Made by a program: the position numbers and the translations under genes. A DNA stretch of 44,243 nucleotides from a virus (lineage: Duplodnaviria; Caudoviricetes), in the IMG/VR virus record IMGVR_UViG_3300008255_000196, positions 1-44,243 of that record. One strand, written 5' to 3'. Numbering within the stretch: the stretch's first letter is position 1; the number at the start of each line of letters is the position of its first letter. Under the pieces are notes generated by a model. That model worked only from the letters and a program-made list of their open reading frames with translations. It did not search any database and had not been told where the DNA came from. This document shows, in pieces, positions 35,331 to 44,026 of the stretch.

Positions 35331-36398
35331 TTAAACACCTGTAATACCTGTTAATCTACCACTTCTCTTCGGATTCCAGTTGACCTGTTGACCGAGTAAG
35401 TAGACGTGTGAAACCTGACCATACTGATTAATGGGTCTCATGAATCCAGTCCATTGAAAACCAATGTTCTTTGAAGGAACGTCTGAATAGACTCCATCGA
35501 TGTTGCCACCACCCATATCAATCGATTTAAGATCAGGATCATTCAAACCATACCACTCGCTGTAGTTTTCGTTAGGGGCCCAAAGAGTCTGAGAGGGTGA
35601 CTTTTCATCAGCGATCCAAGGAATGCCTCTGTAGGTAAGAGCGACAAAGCCTGCGGCACCTTTCATCTCAGCCTGACGGATAGGAGTTCTGCTGGTACGA
35701 CTCATCATGGGCAAACCAAATGTCTCGTAGTTGGATCTGGCGGTGGGAGTCAAGAGGGATTCATATAAATCCCAGACAGTTTCGTTGGAAACTAAGACAC
35801 TCGGGCGTTGTCTGAGTGAAGAACCTGAAGATACAGCAGACAAAAGAGTGGAAATCTTAGACAAAGACATTGTTCCTCCAGAAGCAGTACGCGTACTCTT
35901 AAGAGAAGTGTAGGTAGTTCTAGAAAGACCTCCGACCGTGTCGGAAGTGGTACCATCATCGATCAAATTGTCCCAACCATTGAAGTCTTTGCTGGAATTA
36001 CCGGTACCGTCGGCATATAGCATGGTGCCAATGTCATCCAGAGCGTCATCAGTTGAAGATTCAACCTCAGTACGGACTAAGTCCATAACCTGAGCTTCGG
36101 TTCTATTAACAGCAATATCAAAACCAGGAATTGAGATAGGCATTTCGTAACCACTGATGTTGTAAGCCATCCTGACACGAGTTTCAATCGTGTTGGTAGA
36201 GTGAACATCCATACCGGAGAAAGAACCACCAAGAGTGGATTTAGATACCTTCAAGGGGCGTCTAAGGGTTTCACCAGACCATTTCTTAGCATTAGATATA
36301 ACACGGAAAGTGACCCAGTTATCTCCCAACACAATATCAACTGCCTTGGGTAAAAGTGTGTCTTGAGTAACGGATAGAACTCTTTCTGTGAATGTCAT
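35331..36398 (-). CDS. Major capsid protein (HK97 fold)
   Basis: 355 aa after portal; LYADGTG...FNGWDNLI...VGGLSRTTY...YRGIPWIADEK...RSGRLTGIT; strong promoter. Confidence 0.85.
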   Translation of the reverse strand: MTFTERVLSVTQDTLLPKAVDIVLGDNWVTFRVISNAKKWSGETLRRPLKVSKSTLGGSFSGMDVHSTNTIETRVRMAYNISGYEMPISIPGFDIAVNRTEAQVMDLVRTEVESSTDDALDDIGTMLYADGTGNSSKDFNGWDNLIDDGTTSDTVGGLSRTTYTSLKSTRTASGGTMSLSKISTLLSAVSSGSSLRQRPSVLVSNETVWDLYESLLTPTARSNYETFGLPMMSRTSRTPIRQAEMKGAAGFVALTYRGIPWIADEKSPSQTLWAPNENYSEWYGLNDPDLKSIDMGGGNIDGVYSDVPSKNIGFQWTGFMRPINQYGQVSHVYLLGQQVNWNPKRSGRLTGITGV

Positions 36399-36411
36399 GT
36401 TTTGTTATTTT

Positions 36412-36508
36412 TAATAAAAATCCCGTAGAGCGCTCTAGCGCTTACGGGTTATTTGACCTCTAAATAAGTAACTGATCCTTATTATATACACCAAGGTTAT
36501 ATTGTCAA
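36412..36508 (-). promoter_or_regulatory. Capsid promoter with structured ~75-nt leader
   Basis: TTGACA (36503-36508), 16 nt, TATAAT (36481-36486); hairpin 36422-36448 followed by AUUUUU. Confidence 0.7.
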
Positions 36509-36515
36509 GTTAAGC

Positions 36516-36692
36516 CTATGATCCAATAGATCTCATCTTCATGGCCATACCGGTCATCCGCTCAGAACCACCCTTTTTACTTTTCATCTTAGCCATAGTT
36601 CCGTACACATATTTTCTGGCTCTCTTGGAAGTTTTGGATCCAAACTTCTTCATCGCCATTCTATTTAAATACATTTCCATCTCTTTAGGCAT
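36516..36692 (-). CDS. 58-aa basic Met/Lys-rich protein, not in the ORF track
   Basis: MPKEMEMYLNRMAMKKFGSKTSKRARKYVYGTMAKMKSKKGGSERMTGMAMKMRSIGS; starts 1 nt after the portal stop. Confidence 0.65.
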   Translation of the reverse strand: MPKEMEMYLNRMAMKKFGSKTSKRARKYVYGTMAKMKSKKGGSERMTGMAMKMRSIGS

Positions 36693-36693
36693 A

Positions 36694-38682
36694 TTATTTA
36701 GTAAATAGTAATCTATCTCGAACGTTATCCATCACAGTCCTTATTACATTCTTCTTCCTCTTAGATTTCTCCTTAAGACCTCCTCGGCTGGCCTGGGCCG
36801 TACCCCTAGCGTGGGCGATGATAAGACCTTGTACCTCCGGATCAAGTTCTTTAAAGGCTGGTGATTGAAGGAACTGCGCCATGTAAGCCACATACTCCTT
36901 ACTAGCATCTTTCTTGGCCGGAACCCCCTCTCCCTGCATCATCTTCTGAAGATTAGCCATTGCCTCAGCATCGCCGCCGGACTCACCCATATGAAGAATC
37001 TCCTGGGCATATTGATCGGGCATAAAGAGGAACATAAACAGTCTCTTGGCAAACTCGGCCGGTTTATCAATATGCCACTTCTCGGCAAAGGTAAGAGGAT
37101 CAATCCGTCCACCGGCCTTAGCCAGTTCCACCGCCTCATTACGATCACTCATCTTGTCATCCGGGGCCATTGAACCGGGCCTCACTATTATTTCAACACC
37201 ATCCTCGATTTTGTCATTCATAAATTTAATAAAGGTAGTTCTGCCGGTATCGGATCCAACATAGCGCACCACCTGTTCTTCAACCGCAAAAACTTTCATC
37301 ACCTGAGCCATAAGCTCATAAACTCTGGTGGCACCTTTTTCAATCGCTTCTGTCAAAGAAGCGGTCCGACCAAGATCGGAACGTTGCGACATAACCTCCT
37401 GCCCAAGAGTGGGAGATTCAGATCCCTCTCCTCGGAGTGGGGCATGGGTTCCAAAGATGTTGTCAACTTCTCTTCGAGCATCATACTTATCCTCCAGCAC
37501 ATACCTAGGCAAAGATGGCGCCGGAACCCGCGCAAAGGCCATCCTGACATCCCCCTTAACCAAAATATTGTCATTAGGATCGCCGGTATACTTCTGAGCA
37601 TCTGAAGCTTTTATCATCATGGTATTGAATACACGGGCGGCATTGGCCTGATCAGCATTGTCAACAATCTGTCGGCCTCTCCTCTCTAGAATGTCCTGTT
37701 GAGAAGCGGCTTGTTCGGTCAAAGAAGTGTCGTCTATCGCGTATTTACCCTCTCTTAAGAAGTTAAACAATACGTAGGGTTTGGAGGGTTGAGGCAAGAA
37801 ATTGCTCTCATTAGCCCCCGGATTGTAGTTGTAGTAAGGGTTCGGGCCAAAGTCCAAAAGGAGATCGTTGTACGTCCACCCCACTCCCTCTCGTTTATAA
37901 TCATCATCAAAATAAGTGAAGTAAGTCTCGTAATATCCTATCCTGGAAGACATCCCTACATGGGACTCTCCTTCCTTGGCTTTGACAGACAAAATAAGTT
38001 CATCTTTTTTATCAGGAAAAAGAGAACCCATCTCTTCCACCGATTTAAACACGTTTTCAGCAATCAAAGGAACATTAAAGGGATCATCGGCGTAAGCATC
38101 CAACACTATATTATGAGGTCTGATTGTTTTGACACAGACATCTCCGGTATATTCGCCATCCTTTTTGAGAATACCAGCATTGAAGTCCTGATAGATCTTC
38201 ATTACTCCCAGACGATACCCCATGAGCAAGTGTCTGGCCATCATCTGAAACTGCCCTTTAAGCCCCATTGAATCGGCCTTGCGATACAAGATCTTACCAA
38301 AGTTGCTGGCCAACTCCCGAGAAGCATCGGTATCCTGAGCTTCCATCACATCAGGAACCGGAATCCGACTAACCATATTAGAAGCCAGAGTTTCAACTGA
38401 TAAGAAAATACGATTGTCTCGATAGTCCGCCTGGTAATCATAAAGATCAGATTGGTTGGATACCTCAAAGTTTTTGTTATTCCACCGCTTGAAGTTTTTC
38501 TCTCTCACCTTATCAAGCCCCAGCTCCTTATTCCAATATCTCTCTCCCTCGGAAATTCTCTTACCAATGGTCTCCTGGGCCTTGTCTTTCGACAAACCAA
38601 GAATAATTGCATCAGATCTCTCAATCAAACCCTCTTGTCTCTCGTTTTCCCCTGTACCGGCAATTTCATTAGGTGATGGCAT
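36694..38682 (-). CDS. Portal protein (P22-like)
   Basis: 662 aa between terminase and capsid; NRIFLSVET...P, PYVLF, GEGSESPTLGQ, VRPGSMAPDDK. Confidence 0.85.
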   Translation of the reverse strand: MPSPNEIAGTGENERQEGLIERSDAIILGLSKDKAQETIGKRISEGERYWNKELGLDKVREKNFKRWNNKNFEVSNQSDLYDYQADYRDNRIFLSVETLASNMVSRIPVPDVMEAQDTDASRELASNFGKILYRKADSMGLKGQFQMMARHLLMGYRLGVMKIYQDFNAGILKKDGEYTGDVCVKTIRPHNIVLDAYADDPFNVPLIAENVFKSVEEMGSLFPDKKDELILSVKAKEGESHVGMSSRIGYYETYFTYFDDDYKREGVGWTYNDLLLDFGPNPYYNYNPGANESNFLPQPSKPYVLFNFLREGKYAIDDTSLTEQAASQQDILERRGRQIVDNADQANAARVFNTMMIKASDAQKYTGDPNDNILVKGDVRMAFARVPAPSLPRYVLEDKYDARREVDNIFGTHAPLRGEGSESPTLGQEVMSQRSDLGRTASLTEAIEKGATRVYELMAQVMKVFAVEEQVVRYVGSDTGRTTFIKFMNDKIEDGVEIIVRPGSMAPDDKMSDRNEAVELAKAGGRIDPLTFAEKWHIDKPAEFAKRLFMFLFMPDQYAQEILHMGESGGDAEAMANLQKMMQGEGVPAKKDASKEYVAYMAQFLQSPAFKELDPEVQGLIIAHARGTAQASRGGLKEKSKRKKNVIRTVMDNVRDRLLFTK

Positions 38683-38698
38683 ATTCTCTATTATATAT

Positions 38699-38956
38699 CT
38701 ACCAAATTAAACGATACATAATTGAACATCGTGGACACTGATGAAAAGAGCTACCGGTACCGTTGGGACCATCACCATTGTCTACAACCAAAGCGACATT
38801 CCCCTGATACTGAAAAACCAATCTTGAGCAGTTGTTACATCTGTAGTTGCGAATAAGACCATCGTTTTTAGTAAGGAAAATGGTACAGGTTTCACCCTCT
38901 GCCTCATGGCGTACCGGTAAAAGGGTATCTTCGGGGGGATTGAAAGTAATTTTCAT
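38699..38956 (-). CDS. Zinc-ribbon protein
   Basis: YRCNNCSR...CPRC. Confidence 0.65.
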   Translation of the reverse strand: MKITFNPPEDTLLPVRHEAEGETCTIFLTKNDGLIRNYRCNNCSRLVFQYQGNVALVVDNGDGPNGTGSSFHQCPRCSIMYRLIW

Positions 38957-38957
38957 A

Positions 38958-40568
38958 TCAATAAACGGTCGTCTTTTTATTCTTCAAAGCGGCTCTTGAG
39001 GCCACTTCTTTAAGGTCTAAGGCGGGAACAGTCCCGTCATAACCCACCGTTGGATTAAGTCCTTTCTTCTTAGACGTACCTGCTCTAACTATACCACCCT
39101 GATTTAAAGTCTGCTCTAAAGCCACTCTCCAGTAAATGTGGGCATGGGCATAGTGGTCGGGCCGGCCCTCAATGGTCTCCCATGACGGCTTCTTCATGCC
39201 GCCGGCCATAGTCTTAATCATTCTGAATAACTGTCGCCAGTGATAGATATAAGGTTCAAGTTCTTTTACGGTCAGATTAAAAGTAACATCGCCGGAATTA
39301 ATCTCTGCCACCACGTGATCCAAAATCTTCGTCCGATCACTCTTGACCACCCCCTCCGACATATCCCAGCGAATAACTCCCATGTTCTTCTTGTCCGACT
39401 GGTAGTAGTGAATAAAGACCATTCCTGGATACTTGGAAGCCAACTGCTGAGGAGTGTGGGGATAGGGATTGGCATCGATCACCATGACGGCGTTGTAGTG
39501 GTTCCTGAGCCTTTCTATCTCATCCCAGGAGTCAGTCTCACCAATAGCGAAGATACCTTGCCTATTTCCAATAATATAATGCTTGGTCTTGCCATTATCC
39601 ACCCCCATAGCCACATCCGTTCTCGGATTATATCCAGGCGAAATACACCGAGTGATAGACTCCCTGGAGACAGACATGTCCTTACTGACATAAGGCAATC
39701 CTAGTGTGAAGTTGTGAAAAATTTCCGGATCTCCCTCAGAGTCCTCAATAATCTTAGCGGCACTGATCCAGGGAACAATCATCTGAGAAATGTGATAGCC
39801 GGAAATTCTTTTATCTCTGTAATGCTGAACCCACTGACCATTAGTTAAAGTATCACGATCAATCTCCTTGAAACAATACCGACACTGTTTTATCTTCCGA
39901 TTAAAATCAATATTGTCCGGCCATCTCATCGTCTGCCACTTACCACAACCACGACATTTGATCATCCAATTCTTCTGATCCGACTTCTGCCACCAAACGT
40001 CTACTCCATAACCGGGAATACTAGGGTTGCTAAATTGCCACTCCCAGCCAAGCTCCGGTCTTTCACGTTTAGCATCATCAAGACGACTGCGATAAGTCTT
40101 TAAAACACGCTGGTTGGAACGGTCGTACTCATCATTAATCAGGATGTGCGCGGAAATAGAAATAGCTTCCGTCTGCTCATACGAGCCTCTGTAGTAAATA
40201 AACCGATCGCCAATCTGTTTAAGATTAAGAGAATCAATACCGGCCATAGCTGAAATGGTAGGATTGCGTCTAATCAACGGATTAACTTTGGGAATCACAA
40301 AATCCTTGGACATATTCCTTGAAGGAAAGGTATGAATGATGTTTGCCTTGCCATAATAGGCCAGGTGAAACGACCGGAGAATAGCCAAAACAGACCAGCC
40401 TATCTGCGCGCACTTCATGGCCACCTGTTCAGGAGTATCGTCCACAAAAGGATCTATTAAAAAAGCGTGATCTTTAAACTCTATCGGCGAACCATTCTCA
40501 TTCACAATCCCATTGTTCAGAATCCAGGCAGTAGCATTAAAAGTTTCCGCCCTTTTGAGGTCTATCAT
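38958..40568 (-). CDS. terL: Terminase large subunit (lambda GpA-like)
   Basis: MKCAQIGWS Walker A variant, ILINDEYD Walker B, FSNPS, CRGC/CRYC Zn finger, RNase H-like MGVD, VIDANP, DHYAHA. Confidence 0.92.
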   Translation of the reverse strand: MIDLKRAETFNATAWILNNGIVNENGSPIEFKDHAFLIDPFVDDTPEQVAMKCAQIGWSVLAILRSFHLAYYGKANIIHTFPSRNMSKDFVIPKVNPLIRRNPTISAMAGIDSLNLKQIGDRFIYYRGSYEQTEAISISAHILINDEYDRSNQRVLKTYRSRLDDAKRERPELGWEWQFSNPSIPGYGVDVWWQKSDQKNWMIKCRGCGKWQTMRWPDNIDFNRKIKQCRYCFKEIDRDTLTNGQWVQHYRDKRISGYHISQMIVPWISAAKIIEDSEGDPEIFHNFTLGLPYVSKDMSVSRESITRCISPGYNPRTDVAMGVDNGKTKHYIIGNRQGIFAIGETDSWDEIERLRNHYNAVMVIDANPYPHTPQQLASKYPGMVFIHYYQSDKKNMGVIRWDMSEGVVKSDRTKILDHVVAEINSGDVTFNLTVKELEPYIYHWRQLFRMIKTMAGGMKKPSWETIEGRPDHYAHAHIYWRVALEQTLNQGGIVRAGTSKKKGLNPTVGYDGTVPALDLKEVASRAALKNKKTTVY

Positions 40569-40577
40569 TCCTCCATT

Positions 40578-40826
40578 TTACACTGCCGTCAGAGCAGAAC
40601 AAGGAACAATAATTTGAGAAGAAAAAACATCCCAGCAAAGATGAGGATCGAAAGTATAACAAGAACCAAAATGATTAAGTTTAATAACGATTCGTCCAGA
40701 GTTGTTTCTGATTGCATTGTTTATTATTTGATTATTAATTCCTATTCCCCAAGTACCACGCTTCCAACCAAAATGCCTCCAGGCTGACCACCAGGGAGTA
40801 CGTGTGATGGTTAGAGAGATATTCAT
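40578..40826 (-). CDS. Hypothetical protein
   Basis: 82 aa, ATGA coupling. Confidence 0.55.
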   Translation of the reverse strand: MNISLTITRTPWWSAWRHFGWKRGTWGIGINNQIINNAIRNNSGRIVIKLNHFGSCYTFDPHLCWDVFSSQIIVPCSALTAV

Positions 40827-40948
40827 TTCTTCTTTTTATATTTCTTTAATTGACACTCGTGGCAGACAGTGGCACTCTTTGATCTAAACTCTTCTTTGCA
40901 GACCGTACAGACGGTCCACTTACTGTTTGATTTATAGGTGTTTCTCAT
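40823..40948 (-). CDS. 41-aa zinc-finger protein, not in the ORF track
   Basis: MRNTYKSNSKWTVCTVCKEEFRSKSATVCHECQLKKYKKKK; ATGA overlaps on both sides. Confidence 0.6.
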   Translation of the reverse strand: MRNTYKSNSKWTVCTVCKEEFRSKSATVCHECQLKKYKKKK

Positions 40949-41349
40949 GGCGCTGGAGACAGGATCGGTTTCTTATCCTTGTCGTTAATAATAACCTCTT
41001 TTAGGCACGGTTTATTATCTTCGGGAAACAACCAGTTAGTAATTGCTTCACTCGTAACCACCCAACCCTCTGGTAATTCGTTTAACCACTGCCGAAGTTG
41101 TCCGACATTATTATCCACTTCCTTTCGCATTTCTTCTCTGCCTGTTTGATAGTCTGTCTTTCCTATTTTCTCTATCGCCTCCAACAACTTCGCTTTCTGG
41201 TCTTTGAGGGCAGTGTCTAGGGTGGATTGGATGAAGTCTAGAATATCACCTAGTGTCACCTCGTCTTTAACCATTTCAAACAACATTCCCATAGGTTGTT
41301 CTTCTAAAAACTTTGTTCTAAAGTCACTCCTCCAGTTTGTGTTAGTCAT
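40945..41349 (-). CDS. Hypothetical protein
   Basis: 134 aa starting MTNTNWR. Confidence 0.65.
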   Translation of the reverse strand: MTNTNWRSDFRTKFLEEQPMGMLFEMVKDEVTLGDILDFIQSTLDTALKDQKAKLLEAIEKIGKTDYQTGREEMRKEVDNNVGQLRQWLNELPEGWVVTSEAITNWLFPEDNKPCLKEVIINDKDKKPILSPAP

Positions 41350-42022
41350 TTGTTTGCTTTATAAAATGCTAATGCGAAGCCTTGGGGGGTAATACTTCTT
41401 CTTGCTTGTCGGGTGAGTTTTCCAAATGCTTCGGGGTGAATGTCTTTGCTTTTCATATAGTCAAACTTGGGTAACTGTTGACTGTTCGTTTTGTGCTTCT
41501 CAATCTGTTCTGGTGTCAGGACTCCAGCAATATCAGTGTGGGTCTTAATTGGTTCACTAAAGTATCCCCAGATAGCTGTTCTCTTTTTGTACGCATCTCC
41601 AAACTCCCAAGGACTAAACTCAAACTTTGGTCTGCCCAAAAACCACTTCAATCTCCCATACCAAGGGTTCTCTAAAGCCCAGAAAGCAAGGGGTGGGTAT
41701 TTCTGTTGGTCGTTTACTGTTCTGTATTGAGCTTCGTAAATTAAATTAAGACAGGCTTGTACCACTTCCATACCTCCCCTCAAATCTCTAGGTGTTTTAG
41801 CGTTTGTTCTAGCATCACTAAACATCGTGCAAGGTGGAGCAGCCAGAATACCGTGGATAGGTTCATCGGGTAATTTATATGTTCTCACATCATTATCGGG
41901 AATAGTAACCACCCTCACATCATATCCAGCATCTCTGTAAGGCTTACTCCAAGAGCCTGTGCCTCCACATAAGTCTAAAATTATTTTGTCGCTGTTGTCC
42001 CTCCAGTTTGTGTTAGTCATTT
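41329..42022. repeat. 23-bp direct repeats flanking the methyltransferase gene
   Basis: cctccagtttgtgttagtcattt at 41329-41351 and 42000-42022. Confidence 0.92.
41346..42020 (-). CDS. Compact phage-type C5-cytosine DNA methyltransferase
   Basis: ILDLCGGTG (motif I), AAPPCTMFS (IV), ALENP (VI), KKRT.IWG, RSITPQGFA. Confidence 0.8.
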   Translation of the reverse strand: MTNTNWRDNSDKIILDLCGGTGSWSKPYRDAGYDVRVVTIPDNDVRTYKLPDEPIHGILAAPPCTMFSDARTNAKTPRDLRGGMEVVQACLNLIYEAQYRTVNDQQKYPPLAFWALENPWYGRLKWFLGRPKFEFSPWEFGDAYKKRTAIWGYFSEPIKTHTDIAGVLTPEQIEKHKTNSQQLPKFDYMKSKDIHPEAFGKLTRQARRSITPQGFALAFYKANK

Positions 42023-42379
42023 AGTTACTTCTTCTAAGGCAATATCTCGGACATCAACCATAAGTTTGGCTGTCACATTCAAACCCTCTGTCTGACACTC
42101 TTTAATTTTATTGTCGTAATTTTTGACTATCTTCTCCCCCATACTTCTCTCTCCCTCTTTCCTTGCTTCCTCGGTTGCTTGGGTGAGTTTTTCTTTGTGC
42201 CACGAAAGTATTCCCTCTGTAAATATTGGAACTCTTTTAACACTCATCAAGGCTCCGTCAGAAGAACCCATATCAAAGCATTTACCCCAAATGAACTCAA
42301 TCATTTCTTCATCAGAAGCACTTTTGAACTGTCTAAAAAATCCTTTCCAGTCTATCTTCTCTTGGTTGGTTTGAGTCAT
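42017..42379 (-). CDS. Hypothetical protein
   Basis: 120 aa, ATGA-coupled. Confidence 0.65.
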   Translation of the reverse strand: MTQTNQEKIDWKGFFRQFKSASDEEMIEFIWGKCFDMGSSDGALMSVKRVPIFTEGILSWHKEKLTQATEEARKEGERSMGEKIVKNYDNKIKECQTEGLNVTAKLMVDVRDIALEEVTK

Positions 42380-42915
42380 TTTATTGAGAAAAATTTGATA
42401 ATCTTATCTAACTTCTTGTTTATTTTGGAAAATGTCAAAGTGTCCAGATTTTTAAGTTTCAAGGGTTTAAGGGTCGAAGTTTTACTTGCGACACAGGCGA
42501 ACAGCCAACACGGATCCCAGCCAGCATCCCACCAATTGAGGTTAAGTTCACGACCAGAATCATCACCATCGAGGCAAGGCACACGGATGTCGCCACAAGA
42601 GTCATACCAAAGACTTCCTAACGCTACCACCAAATCTTTTCTTTGAATGTCGGGATATTGTATTCCTAGTGCCAGTAATTCTTTTAGGGTGGCATATCTT
42701 AACCCCTCTGATTCCATTTTTTTAATAACATCTTCGAAAGTAATATTCTTTTTAGAACCCAAAAGGACTATTTCAACCTCTTTTTTACCACTTTTTTGGG
42801 AGGAAAATCTCCCGTCTATAATATCATTGTTTTTCCAATCGTAATTACCAAGAGATACCAACTTTTTTATGGATAATGAGTAATCTACGGTTGTTTTGTA
42901 TGTTTGTTTGGTCAT
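42376..42915 (-). CDS. Hypothetical protein
   Basis: 179 aa; GLRYATLKELLALG..YP...VALGS...VPCL...RELNL.W...W pattern recalls a family I associate with Patescibacteria (unverified). Confidence 0.7.
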   Translation of the reverse strand: MTKQTYKTTVDYSLSIKKLVSLGNYDWKNNDIIDGRFSSQKSGKKEVEIVLLGSKKNITFEDVIKKMESEGLRYATLKELLALGIQYPDIQRKDLVVALGSLWYDSCGDIRVPCLDGDDSGRELNLNWWDAGWDPCWLFACVASKTSTLKPLKLKNLDTLTFSKINKKLDKIIKFFSIK

Positions 42916-43514
42916 GGTACTGTAGGTATTGGTAATGGTTTGAATTGCTTCCTAAGAAGTTCCACCAGTGTTCTGGTAGCAGTAATGTCAGCCAGAGCAT
43001 CGTGAGCCTTTAAAGGGATAAGGAATGCCCCACAGACGGTAGATAGTTGATAGTTGGGTAGGGATATAAGGCCGAAGAAATCCATTATAGTGAGGACCGG
43101 ATAGGGATCAATAGCTTTCCAATTAATGAAAGAGCCGAGATAGGGGTCATTCATGCGTTTGAATAGAGCAGAGAGGAAATCAAGATCGAAGCGCACATTG
43201 TAGCCTGCCGGAGAGAATTTATCGTTCTTATCATACTTGTCCACGTACCTCATCATAATATCAATGAGATCATTGTACATCTTACTGGCCGGAGGGAATT
43301 CCAGAATCTCGGCTAGAGTAAGCCCTGTGACCGCCAGAGCCTCTGTAGTGACAGTTGATGGATCAGATGGCCTAGCGTAGAGGTTGAACGTCTCTACGAC
43401 CTTTCCGTCCACTTCAATGAGCCCAGAGAGCTGAATAATCTCATTCACCTGGGGATTGAGACCGGTAGTCTCGACATCGAAATAGAAAACGGAGTGTGGC
43501 CTGGTTTGGCTCAT
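42912..43514 (-). CDS. DEDDh 3'-5' exonuclease (DnaQ-like)
   Basis: FDVETTG, YNVRFD, AHDALADI; start MSQTR at 43514 with TTGACT-17-TTTACT-6-ATG promoter. Confidence 0.92.
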   Translation of the reverse strand: MSQTRPHSVFYFDVETTGLNPQVNEIIQLSGLIEVDGKVVETFNLYARPSDPSTVTTEALAVTGLTLAEILEFPPASKMYNDLIDIMMRYVDKYDKNDKFSPAGYNVRFDLDFLSALFKRMNDPYLGSFINWKAIDPYPVLTIMDFFGLISLPNYQLSTVCGAFLIPLKAHDALADITATRTLVELLRKQFKPLPIPTVP

Positions 43515-43562
43515 AAATAAAGTAAAGCATAGGGGAATGAGCAAGTCAAGGGGTTACACGCG

Positions 43563-43740
43563 ATGTTACAAATTTATAACATTGATCCATCTTTTCCAAA
43601 TATTTTTCCAACAAAAAAAGGGAGGTATAACTTTTCCAAAAATTCTCCTATAAAAAAAAGGGGCTCCGATGCCTCACGGGGAGAGCCATCCGTCTGGCCC
43701 CACCACCCTTTTCTATGGGGTAGGCCCCTATAGTTAAGTT
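43563..43740. promoter_or_regulatory. Non-coding signal region: palindrome, A/T-tract repeats, GC motif; candidate packaging/end site
   Basis: atgttacaaa/tttataacat (43563-43582, 1 mismatch); ttttccaa x3; a-run+ggg x2; ggggtaggcccc. Confidence 0.4.
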
Positions 43741-44026
43741 ATACAGGAGGCAAGCACAACAAGTGTAGTAGCTATATAGGATAGACTGGACCCAAAACAG
43801 GGGCATTTGGATGGACACGCATAAATACGACCCGCCACGATGCCCTAGGATGACAACCAGAGCATGCCTAGCACATGATGTACCTTGGCATTGAGACACA
43901 AGATCGTAGAAGATACGTCGCAAAAGTACTGTTGTGCGACGTACCCAATGATAGCATTTTACTATCGGTGAATAAGCGCGCCAGGAAAGACAACGTCAGA
44001 CCGCAGTCAATATCGAGCACCAACTG

